From positions 486,755-550,754 of the forward strand of contig CAZIYE010000001.1 of assembly GCA_964543385.1 (NCBI GenBank): DNA of 64,000 bases, given 5' to 3'. The notes below the pieces were generated by a model, which was not told the DNA's origin, did no database searches, and saw only the letters and a program-made list of their open reading frames with translations. Position numbers and translations under genes: made by a program. Positions 9,401-16,256 of the stretch are shown piece after piece. The first letter of the stretch is position 1, and each line of letters starts with the position of its first letter. The DNA is from an uncultured Candidatus Saccharibacteria bacterium. GTDB lineage: Bacteria; Patescibacteriota; UBA1384; XYA2-FULL-43-10; 1-14-0-10-43-13.

Positions 9401-11854
9401 AGCTGGTAGAGCGTTAGAAATCTTAGAACTGCCTTGAAAAATAATTTGTCCCTCTGGTGTAATTTCATAGTCTAGAGTTTTGTTTAGCTTTGGGGCACTA
9501 CATTCGTTGCTTGATTTTTGAATGTTTCCACGAAGCCACTGTCGGAAAATAAATCTGCCAAATTCATCTGGATTAATATCTTGTGTTACGCCCCCTTCGA
9601 TAACTCGGATTTTTTTATAACTCTGGTCTGAGCTTCCCTTTGGTGCTACGCTATCATCTGCTAGGAGCCGTGCCAGAGTGTAGATGCCGATAGTTGATAG
9701 GCTCTCATGATCACCACTTAGCGCTCCCTCCCAAGTGTCTCTAATATCCGGTTGTTTCTCTGTTGGGCCTGGTAATTGATAAGCACCATTATTCATTGAA
9801 AAATATTTTAAACCATAGAGTGTGTCATCAAGTCTCTTCTTGCCTACCATCGCAGCAAAATCTGCAGAATTGATTCTTTCTAGAATAAAATTATTTGCCG
9901 TGCCTGCACCAAGATTTAGGTCATTATCAATCAATCCAGGATTGTTTTTAATCAAAGTCGACCTCAATGAGCCGATTTTATCCGAGAGGTTGCCGAAGGT
10001 TACTGCTTCTTTCGGCCAAGAGTTGCCTGCTAGATTCAAATCTTTTTCGATAACTTTTGCGCCTACATAGTTAGCGAAAACATCATTTTTTGAAGTAACA
10101 AAGGCATCTAAATCACCAGCGTTCAGATTCATCTCATGTTCTAACTTTCTCTGGCCAATCTTGATGAGAGTTGATGGCAGGTCACTACCTGATAGCGAGC
10201 CAAAAGGTATTCCTAGCTTCTTCTCAATTGCTGATCGGCCGATAGTGTATTTTATTTTCTCAATGTCTGAAAGATTCTGACCAATAAATATTTCTCTTGG
10301 CAACCCTAAATAATCAGCAACATAAGTACTTCCTAGCTTCTTGAGGGTATCTTCTACATTAAATCCGGCAAAGTTCAGACTCTTCGATTCTAAGACATTA
10401 CCTAACAGGGATTTTCCTAATATCTGAATTATATCTTCAAAATTAGCCTTGCTGAGATCTCCTTCATAAGAAGAGATGTCGCTATTCAAGTTGCCCAGCA
10501 AACCATTGACTGATTCGGAGGCAGCCGATTTTAGAAGACTCATCATATCAAATGGATCTCTCTCTCCGGATGCATTCCAGCCGTCGGTAGTTTGCCAAGC
10601 TAATTTAATTGGTTGTATCGGTTGTTTATATTTCTTTGTGCCTCCAGTGTTCTTTTTAACAACCTTCGTACACCTGATATCATCGATCTCTGATATATCT
10701 ATAGCTTGCCCTTCAGCATGAGAGGACAGATTGCGTTCCTCTACAAAAGAGTCCTCCTTTTCGGTAAGGCTAGTTAGGTAGGCCTCATATTGAGCACCAT
10801 TCTTATCTTCAATTTCAAGATCTGGGGTCGTTCCTTTTTGTTTGCCACAGTCAGCGGCAGTCATTTCATCGCTACAACCTTTAGACACAGACTTTTGGCT
10901 ATTAGCCAGAGTTTGTACCACAGAATCAGATTCTGTTGATTTATCCTGCCTTTGCAGAATGCGATTAACTCTTATTCTCCAGTGGCCAGCCCCACCCTGA
11001 TTTTTTGGAGTAATTAGGTAGACCAAGGTTTTAAGAACCCTTACATCAATATTCAGCGAGTCTATAGATTCTTTTAGTTTTTCTGCTAAATATGGCTTAT
11101 CGTGGTTAACATAATTAATAATTCTTTCGCGCCCGATTCCTGTCACACAAACCAAAGTGTCTAAATCAACAGAAGGAACTTTTCCTTTTTTTAAATTATC
11201 TTCTTCATCTGCCCAAATATCTCTTATTTTATTTTCGCCAACATTCTTTCTTGCAGCTTCGGCAAGACGATTAAAAAGTTGCAGATTGTCGAATCTCTCA
11301 GTAGAGGTTAGGTTATCTCTTCCGATCTTCAAATATTTTAAATATTCAATTGGCGTCTTGAAATCTTTGTTAGATTGCAAATTTTTATCTACGATCTCTG
11401 TTTGATCCTTAGGCAAGTTTTTATATAGGGCATCAAAATCTTCATCAAAATTTGGGAGTATATTGGAAAGACAGGAAAGTGATTTCAAGGCCGCTAAATC
11501 ACTTTGTTTCATAATTATTTTCTGTTCTGATGAATTTGTTAACAGATCATCAAAAGTAATAAGGCTATCTTGATCGGAGAACTGAGCCATTGTTTCTAAT
11601 AATTTCTTATATGCCAAAGAGTCGCTCAGTGTTTTTTTTACCTTACACTGCTGGTTATCTTTAGTTGGTATATAAGAATACTTTTTCTGATCAGCAACTT
11701 TTATTAGCAAAGGAATCTCTGGATCATAATCAATCTCTCCATCGTTGTCATCGGCTGCTTTTGCATTCAAGGCAAAAGCATATCCTGTGGATCCAAATGC
11801 GATTGATATTATCAATAAGTAAATAACAGTCTGTTTTAAAATATATTTCAACAT
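3434..11854 (-). CDS. Giant (~2,806 aa) secreted or surface-anchored protein with an N-terminal signal peptide, coiled-coil-rich body, two C-terminal TM helices and a Cys-rich tail
   Basis: It is a single uninterrupted 8.4 kb ORF. The likely start is MLKYILKQTVIYLLIISIAFGSTGYAFALNA (signal peptide), whose ATG overlaps the stop of the upstream M23 gene (TAATG). The C-terminus has hydrophobic segments 'LTPLITVAVYNLVVAPLLGLGPVGWTAAVVIALAGYLLG' and then a Cys-rich tail (CGGICGSKKGNGCESDTRMGIW). It is the last gene of the T4SS-like operon. An alternative start at 11887 extends it by 11 aa. Confidence 0.8.
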   Translation of the reverse strand: MLKYILKQTVIYLLIISIAFGSTGYAFALNAKAADDNDGEIDYDPEIPLLIKVADQKKYSYIPTKDNQQCKVKKTLSDSLAYKKLLETMAQFSDQDSLITFDDLLTNSSEQKIIMKQSDLAALKSLSCLSNILPNFDEDFDALYKNLPKDQTEIVDKNLQSNKDFKTPIEYLKYLKIGRDNLTSTERFDNLQLFNRLAEAARKNVGENKIRDIWADEEDNLKKGKVPSVDLDTLVCVTGIGRERIINYVNHDKPYLAEKLKESIDSLNIDVRVLKTLVYLITPKNQGGAGHWRIRVNRILQRQDKSTESDSVVQTLANSQKSVSKGCSDEMTAADCGKQKGTTPDLEIEDKNGAQYEAYLTSLTEKEDSFVEERNLSSHAEGQAIDISEIDDIRCTKVVKKNTGGTKKYKQPIQPIKLAWQTTDGWNASGERDPFDMMSLLKSAASESVNGLLGNLNSDISSYEGDLSKANFEDIIQILGKSLLGNVLESKSLNFAGFNVEDTLKKLGSTYVADYLGLPREIFIGQNLSDIEKIKYTIGRSAIEKKLGIPFGSLSGSDLPSTLIKIGQRKLEHEMNLNAGDLDAFVTSKNDVFANYVGAKVIEKDLNLAGNSWPKEAVTFGNLSDKIGSLRSTLIKNNPGLIDNDLNLGAGTANNFILERINSADFAAMVGKKRLDDTLYGLKYFSMNNGAYQLPGPTEKQPDIRDTWEGALSGDHESLSTIGIYTLARLLADDSVAPKGSSDQSYKKIRVIEGGVTQDINPDEFGRFIFRQWLRGNIQKSSNECSAPKLNKTLDYEITPEGQIIFQGSSKISNALPAIPITQKVEYSLVYSDQNVETRTDDFIVTEEKSMLAGLEKLDLQRIFGCSTANNSPVFKRIGSQILYTGVANKLINKEDKTKIDLLNTNPELRISNSTIAFYTSRLNQAQKLLADIKGDWKIFASKDSGFENTYTEINDLISNLKNVFESSDANTIKIQNTWEKMSSATSQIDSIVTQLDSIKNFTTAKAEANNKIDELNSIIFNANELLRISSEIISGREIPTSDSLKLSQINSMDLTSNDSGGGNNNISPFKASSLIFGFLAGNVSPTDLFISFGANMAESKLGLPSNSLLYLVENFEKKGMGGSDAFFKSIGQAKIEEVFSMPPFYFQEKNSVSTMADFATNASELLKYADKTKIDEAVNSYLASKLNKAKSPLGELPTDITGINSSNKLLNVLSQMQAENWPDYDLLVASARDNWKQKQDKIIEQFGSKTNANSFNTDSIVQNIKDRGFNDALKSAESDLMMRLGLGSGNYEALKSGGVLAWQKALSEALSIDNLLGLEDGDTKSLFTKDKNLYSVNLSSDEQNLLENNLKISKNVLDIYTKLVSGKILPSELDQYNDDVLNPDYVFVNPYADTASDSNQCPVSYTKQDGFSINETSLENNSFCYYDKKGRHCFKSPEEAQRYSLINKDQRYGNILEELAQRLADSASDKSQISDIRNNLLSFITDKNVQYAFGNNKEKTQQLIDAIGNKNNIDKKILSKLFIKDSTNLPVPNYKLLVGRAVAEKVINYKIFDASGLNIDPSLFGPDDLYNVLGGDFTSLYRISTNYIDQELNLKPGTVLSVFNAKDQISRNCTLNQVGGSILGSLIGLDYFPLKGEKISDFVSNFGQSKVEQSLNLPRGTFFGATFGEAFDRSRAINIALSFNIPLSDDNGEEIFDEKSLVDIFGDSYAKKIKNTGAEYKARQIQNHLRGSLVINGPALTAINNIDQKIKDRLKSALAVAGKSQQNNSGNIEFYQQLNYLDKQFGISSNSTYDLLAGLNSMTPDKYNQLVGEQTGLKLVGSKIGESLGLDQNQSETALTLVKNLNNIFKCQGKIIETDGQKVCRTGSATDEWYGKWDKLYDHLNQIFTFQLDERANLPEGTFQRIIADPMNSGTILMEIGAQKIDYQFGLDSSKAASFTGLYSRVVHVSFGPTGQTKDCLNEASSDPTVSPLDTSLHNAEAKLAELEKQKPVSKNGQKTDDYINSSEYKKWQEDLKVALTEVQQARTTLSKEINDRYNICKAAISQNPSGNVDGSFKEDIVAWGKEVLSDKIHDFIYNVKANYNNKEIRVGVDMPLEDIANLVSGDMKYFQIAAISLGVNYVMAPIDNIRKSHCSANGDDECKTAIPQEMRIAYDDIKTSIIGAPDVEAYQRAAWVDVNGIYSNPETRKVCNGDNCPKTGSGNFGDALIDSLGKNYTETSTSTSVTNQVDEQYNYSPENLQSKIDELNTSIVSNNAAAPAACQKSTNQASGDQYNKCVSEYNKNNGDPEGRLDRLSNPESYYQPSGANFTPKNGELLTTVQKSIRKASLDNLQFKMLDIALWKLDENSYPGMARDLLQGNAEIKAAALARYIKTGLTNGHLLGKNFEAIKNVDEWIQVAKFAKDFVAGDKDAFTTFASGNGFDFFSNFLSDNSEEWFGFPISGDLAKGLLVGVGTGDWGLKSITLDNIVKGDSTTHNTIVADGSTMSLPTVGGVLTTVITTKLFTWADKTLGLKAGQSLEIFKLGYDLYKSWKIYEEISRVKDIAQLSSNAKEFMELNKISDLAEAKDAAKQAFTAAETLVVYKIVSIAVEKLLDKQIAGVEDSLGMIPGTLTPLITVAVYNLVVAPLLGLGPVGWTAAVVIALAGYLLGQKIYYYCTADGYYPKIEAPQPKINDTTGMGVWGGQIKQNNNINELLKKKMVEASQNKARKLIENMMRIQNYEKYNTTDNEPIYPIQIMTGRKEDVDYFDQAGMITVNMCQPRLGNDSISCGGICGSKKGNGCESDTRMGIWQNPQTVAWTHIGF

Positions 11855-13578
11855 TATTGTCCAAGAACTTTCTTCATATTGTTCCACAAATATTCGCCCC
11901 AGGATTTTCCTTCAGTCTGCTCATATTCAATCTTATCGAGAAGTGTTGTGGTGACGGGGACACCACAATAACTAAGCTCGAGATGCAATTGAGAATAGTC
12001 TGATATTGTAGCCACCTTACCTATAGTCTTGTCCCGAGTGACGCCGGTGCCTTCTCCGACATTCTTATCCAAGTCAACATGGGCGTATAGAATTTCATAA
12101 TCACCATTTTTAATAACAATCTTCTTATGACCTGTTCCATCGTCTGAAATATTAGTGACCTGGCCGTCGAACATTGGGTAGACCAAAGTATCCTTATTAG
12201 TATAGAGGTCAACTGCATCAGCTTTACCCTGACCATAGTACATGTATGTACTATGTCCGCTTTCATTGCTAGGCATTTCTTTTCGTAAGGGAGTGCCATA
12301 ATGGAGCTCCCAATTAAACCCAGATATATTTTCTAATGGAAGTCTGGTCTTTGCTTGCATAATAGGAGATTGCTGGTCAGCTGATTCCAAAATAGATTTT
12401 ACTGAAGTTATAATCTCTCGTCCAAGAACAGGGTCGTTATTTACTAAATACTGGTCGATTTTGGATGAAGTATCAGCTATTTTGTTTTTAGTTTCTTGAT
12501 TTGATGATGATACATCTGTTCCGGTGGATGCTTCCAATTGCGATAGTTGCTTTTGAATATCGGAAAATGTTTGGTTATTTAATTTAGCTTTTGCCTCTTT
12601 ATCACCTGATGCCATAATTGTTTTCTGAATCGCAGCGGAATCTGTAACAGGATCCGCAGGCTTATTAAATGTTGATCCTGCTTTTCCAGTCCCAGCATCT
12701 CCTATAATGGCAGACATAATTGCAATGCCCGCTACAATGATGACAATTGCCAAAATAATCCACGGTAAATATGGCAAGATTGCTTTCCATAGGGCAGCTA
12801 GGGCTTCTTTGGAAAACTTTTTCTTTAATTTATCAATTATCTTTTTACGTGCTTCCTTATTTAACCAATCCAGCCAAGAAGACTTCTGCTGGTTTTGTGC
12901 TTGATCATCTTGGGATTTTTTTTGCTCAGCTGCGTCAGAATCAGCTTTCTCTTGGTCTAATCTTTCTTGATCAGGATTATTTCCATCGTTTTCCTCATTA
13001 CCATCACTCTCTTCCGATTGTCGTGCTCCCATAACCTGGATCGTCATGGAGCCAGGAGTACCGCTCTTGCTACCAATGGCAGTAATATATAAAACTCCAT
13101 TCTCACACTCGGGGCTAGTTTTGATAATAAATGACTTACTTGAACCATCCTCAGTCTGGTCACTCACTCCATGGAATACCCCGCTCACCCCACCTTCGGC
13201 TTCCCAGAAATATCCTTCATCCTCGGTAAAATCTATAGTTCCGCCTGACAAAGTAACACTCTGATTCGGGCCGACCGACGATGGACCGTCAATAATAACT
13301 ACTGGTTGGATAGGAGATACAAGGGCTCCTCTCGTTACTGCAGGCGATCCGCTTACGGCTTTTTGGCGCGCCTCACGAAGTTTTGAATTGAAGAGGTTTA
13401 GCAATTCTTGTGCCTTCTTCTTGTTTTTTATTTTTTTTAGCTGCTCACTAAAATAGCGGCTGGCTTGTGCACTATTCCATGCGCCGCTTTTTACTTTATT
13501 TATATAAGAAGGTATTGATCTTTCTACAAACCTAATGAATTTTGCTTCTTTGTCGTCCACAAACCCCTCCATTATCAC
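11854..13578 (-). CDS. Membrane-anchored M23 (LytM-type) peptidoglycan endopeptidase-domain protein
   Basis: A central single TM segment (LPWIILAIVIIVAGIAIMSAIIG) is present. The C-terminal ~130 aa carry M23 motifs: GHSTYMYYGQGKADAVD (HxxxD region), VYPMFDGQVTNIS, KIVIKNGDYEILYAHVD, and IGKVATISDYSQLHLEL (the HLH(F)E-like second His motif). The N-terminal half is acidic and low-complexity. Confidence 0.7.
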   Translation of the reverse strand: MIMEGFVDDKEAKFIRFVERSIPSYINKVKSGAWNSAQASRYFSEQLKKIKNKKKAQELLNLFNSKLREARQKAVSGSPAVTRGALVSPIQPVVIIDGPSSVGPNQSVTLSGGTIDFTEDEGYFWEAEGGVSGVFHGVSDQTEDGSSKSFIIKTSPECENGVLYITAIGSKSGTPGSMTIQVMGARQSEESDGNEENDGNNPDQERLDQEKADSDAAEQKKSQDDQAQNQQKSSWLDWLNKEARKKIIDKLKKKFSKEALAALWKAILPYLPWIILAIVIIVAGIAIMSAIIGDAGTGKAGSTFNKPADPVTDSAAIQKTIMASGDKEAKAKLNNQTFSDIQKQLSQLEASTGTDVSSSNQETKNKIADTSSKIDQYLVNNDPVLGREIITSVKSILESADQQSPIMQAKTRLPLENISGFNWELHYGTPLRKEMPSNESGHSTYMYYGQGKADAVDLYTNKDTLVYPMFDGQVTNISDDGTGHKKIVIKNGDYEILYAHVDLDKNVGEGTGVTRDKTIGKVATISDYSQLHLELSYCGVPVTTTLLDKIEYEQTEGKSWGEYLWNNMKKVLGQ

Positions 13579-13671
13579 ACCTAAACTTTGTCTATACCGC
13601 CAAAAGACCGGTCATCATATGTCTAACTGGGATTCAAGCACTTTCTAAATTATAATAACAGTATTATGCTG

Positions 13672-14934
13672 CTATTCGACATTTAATGCTCTGATCGCCT
13701 CATTATCTTGGTAAATAATGATGTTGTTATCATCGGTCAGCACTAGATTGTGAATAAAAGTATCCCCAAGATTCTTGATAACAAAACCATTCTGCTGTCT
13801 TTTTTTTGTGTCATATTTGAATATTGATTCCTCTTTTGTATCGGGGTCATAAGTAGCCACAATAATATTTTCAGAATCCTTGCTCCAAGTAGTCTTTTTC
13901 AGTTCGGCTCTGATGTCCAGCGATTTTTTATTAGTGCCATCTTTATCCATAATAGAAAGGATTGATTCTACTGGCCCTTCTTGGCTTTTAGAATATGTTG
14001 AATAGAGTATTTTATTGCCATCAGGGGAGAAATTAGCATCAAGCTGGTTTCCTATGTCGGCAATCTCTGATATTTTTCGTGAATAGGAATTAAATAAATA
14101 AATCTTATTCTTTTCGGTATCCTCATTGCGGGGAATTATTAAAAGCCATTCGGAGTCAGGAGACCAACGTAAAAGGGGATTATCAATTCCATAATCATTA
14201 AAATTGAGCACTCGCGTAATTTCTTTATTTGCTGCGCCAGTAAAGATTAATGACTTCTCGCCATCTTCCGGTGCATAGTAGTATGCGATCTTAGAATTGT
14301 CTGGAGCCCAAGCGATGCTACCAATATTATTACCCCACGAATCTTCATTTTGATTGATAAAGTCATATTTTTTCAAATCAAAAAAGGAAATGATTTCAGG
14401 CTTACGTAGCAAAGCTAGATCTTTTGTTGGAGACCAGATAATTTCATCTATGTCTGATATTACAGGATTTGTAACGGCTCTTTCTTCGGCCAACTTTACT
14501 CTTTGTCCGACATCTGTTTTTGTGCGTACCCTATATATTGTTGTCCCATTTTGGTAATAAATATCATTAAAATCATTACCCTTATTTAAAAACTTTCCGC
14601 CGATAGAAATAGTCAGAGGATCGGGGGTTCTATCTAGGCTGATAGTAATTTTCTTAGGCATACCCCTTTTAAAATTCATTTCCTGATTTATGCCGATATA
14701 TCCTCTTGCTTCAATTCTGATCATATGTAGGCCTGGAGAGATAAAACGACGTATTAGACCAGAGTCGGGAACAGCAAAAGGCTTGCCGTCGATTGAAAAT
14801 GAAGAATTAGTGGGCTCTAGCTGAATATTCATAAATGAATGAGTAATAAACCATAGGAGCACAATCAAAGCCAGAGTAATTGCTGATATTACTAGAAATA
14901 TTGAACGTGTTAATTTTTTAATTTCTTTATGCAT
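13672..14934 (-). CDS. Membrane-anchored PEGA-domain plus TolB-like (PD40) beta-propeller protein
   Basis: An N-terminal TM (IFLVISAITLALIVLLWFI) is followed by a PEGA-like segment (FSIDGKPFAVPDSGLIRRFISPGLHMIRIEARGYIGINQEMNFKRG). Repeated PD40 signatures follow: WSPTKDLALL, IAWAPDNSKIAYYY, WSPDSEWLLII, FSPDGNKILYSTY, WSKDSENIIVATY. Confidence 0.65.
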   Translation of the reverse strand: MHKEIKKLTRSIFLVISAITLALIVLLWFITHSFMNIQLEPTNSSFSIDGKPFAVPDSGLIRRFISPGLHMIRIEARGYIGINQEMNFKRGMPKKITISLDRTPDPLTISIGGKFLNKGNDFNDIYYQNGTTIYRVRTKTDVGQRVKLAEERAVTNPVISDIDEIIWSPTKDLALLRKPEIISFFDLKKYDFINQNEDSWGNNIGSIAWAPDNSKIAYYYAPEDGEKSLIFTGAANKEITRVLNFNDYGIDNPLLRWSPDSEWLLIIPRNEDTEKNKIYLFNSYSRKISEIADIGNQLDANFSPDGNKILYSTYSKSQEGPVESILSIMDKDGTNKKSLDIRAELKKTTWSKDSENIIVATYDPDTKEESIFKYDTKKRQQNGFVIKNLGDTFIHNLVLTDDNNIIIYQDNEAIRALNVE

Positions 14935-14974
14935 TTTTATCTATTTTTATTTTATAATAAATTGAATATTTTTG

Positions 14975-16255
14975 TTAGTATTGCTCAATTCTTAAGTGAA
15001 AGTGGGCCTTGTGCTTATCCCATGCTACCATGCGCCCTGGCTTTTTATTTTCTATAGCATAGCTATTTACTGCCGCTATAACCTCTGAGTCTTCGTAACC
15101 AATCCTTGTGGCGCCACAATTGATCAGAAGTTTACCCAGGTCTATCATCATTTGTCTATTTGCAGCATCATAATTATTATTAGCTATAGCTGGTCTCTCC
15201 CTAACATTCATCATGTGGCCAGGTAGTAATATATCAGCGTCGATTCCTTTGGCGTGGGAGGCATGACCGTCAGCCTTTTTGCATTGCCCGCTCAATTCAC
15301 CGATAACAAGTTTTGGTCTGCCGGCTTCAGCCCACTGTTTGCTAACAGATACAAGAATATTAATTAATGACGGCTTGCCCCAATGTTCTTCTTTATCGCC
15401 GCTCTTTGTGTAATACTTTTCAAGTGCTGGAACTTCTACCCAACCGCAGGATGAGCCCTTATAACCAAGGTTAAGGTTTGTTTTGCAAAGAAGAGAATTT
15501 GGAATGAGTTTAGTAGTTACCGATGCAAGTGAGAGACAGCCATTATTAAGTCCTTGAAAATTTTTCCATGTGCGCAATGCATATCCTGGTCCATTTGGGT
15601 TTGGGTAAGGTGCTCCCCAATTCCACCCAGGGTTTTTCGTATTCTCTGGTGCCCTATCTAGAGGAAAACCCATTTTTTTCCACTCCCTTAATCTGGCGGG
15701 GCCTCTGTTATAAAGCATTCCCGCAGCCTTCACAGTTTTTTCGTCAGCCCCGTCTGCTTTCAAACCATTATCTTCGAGATGGTATTTTATATATGCAGCT
15801 GCGGCTAATGCAGAATCAGCGAAATCGTCTGGATTACCTGTGGGCTTATCTGAATATTTTTTATAAATATTACCGGCCCACTTACCGTCAAAATCCTCAA
15901 TCTGAAAAGGTCCCTTTGCATTTCCGCCTCGTGCCCAAATTCCATTAGCACCAGCAGAAGCCTTAATAGAATCACCGTGCTCTGCCATGAATATAGCTCC
16001 AAGCAAGGCAGGTTGTATCCCAACCTTGTTAGCAGCTTCCTCAATGGCCGATTGATACCCGCTAGGAGCTGCATCCCAGGACGTACAGCGTATATTGCCA
16101 AATAAATTAACAGGGTTTACGGTTTCCTTTATTCTTCCGCTCCACAGAGATGTTCCAGCTGCAGTAAAAGCGAGTGAAAGTACTGCGGCCAAACCTAAAA
16201 CAGCCAGTATTATACCGGCCTGAGTAAAACCCTTGCTGTTTCTGTGAAACATCAC
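14975..16255 (-). CDS. Bifunctional cell-wall hydrolase with an N-terminal lytic transglycosylase (SLT) domain and a C-terminal M15/VanY-like peptidase domain, acting as a VirB1/CwlT-like T4SS accessory
   Basis: A signal/TM N-terminus is present. SLT motifs are GIQPALLGAIFMAEHGDS (catalytic Glu context) and GPFQI. C-terminal 'ASHAKGIDADI' (H-x2-G-x-D-x-D) and terminal 'DKHKAHFHLRIE' (HxH) match the LAS/M15 zinc-peptidase pattern. The gene lies directly downstream of virB4. Confidence 0.65.
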   Translation of the reverse strand: MMFHRNSKGFTQAGIILAVLGLAAVLSLAFTAAGTSLWSGRIKETVNPVNLFGNIRCTSWDAAPSGYQSAIEEAANKVGIQPALLGAIFMAEHGDSIKASAGANGIWARGGNAKGPFQIEDFDGKWAGNIYKKYSDKPTGNPDDFADSALAAAAYIKYHLEDNGLKADGADEKTVKAAGMLYNRGPARLREWKKMGFPLDRAPENTKNPGWNWGAPYPNPNGPGYALRTWKNFQGLNNGCLSLASVTTKLIPNSLLCKTNLNLGYKGSSCGWVEVPALEKYYTKSGDKEEHWGKPSLINILVSVSKQWAEAGRPKLVIGELSGQCKKADGHASHAKGIDADILLPGHMMNVRERPAIANNNYDAANRQMMIDLGKLLINCGATRIGYEDSEVIAAVNSYAIENKKPGRMVAWDKHKAHFHLRIEQY

Positions 16256-16256
16256 A

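Noticed and set aside
3785-11405. About ten 60-116-aa plus-strand ORFs (e.g. 3785-4069, 4428-4778, 7254-7559, 8754-9083, 9117-9437, 11157-11405) inside the giant gene
   Set aside because: All are antisense shadow frames within the continuous 8.4-kb minus-strand ORF. They are Leu/Ser/Phe-rich, have no start context, and no independent support.
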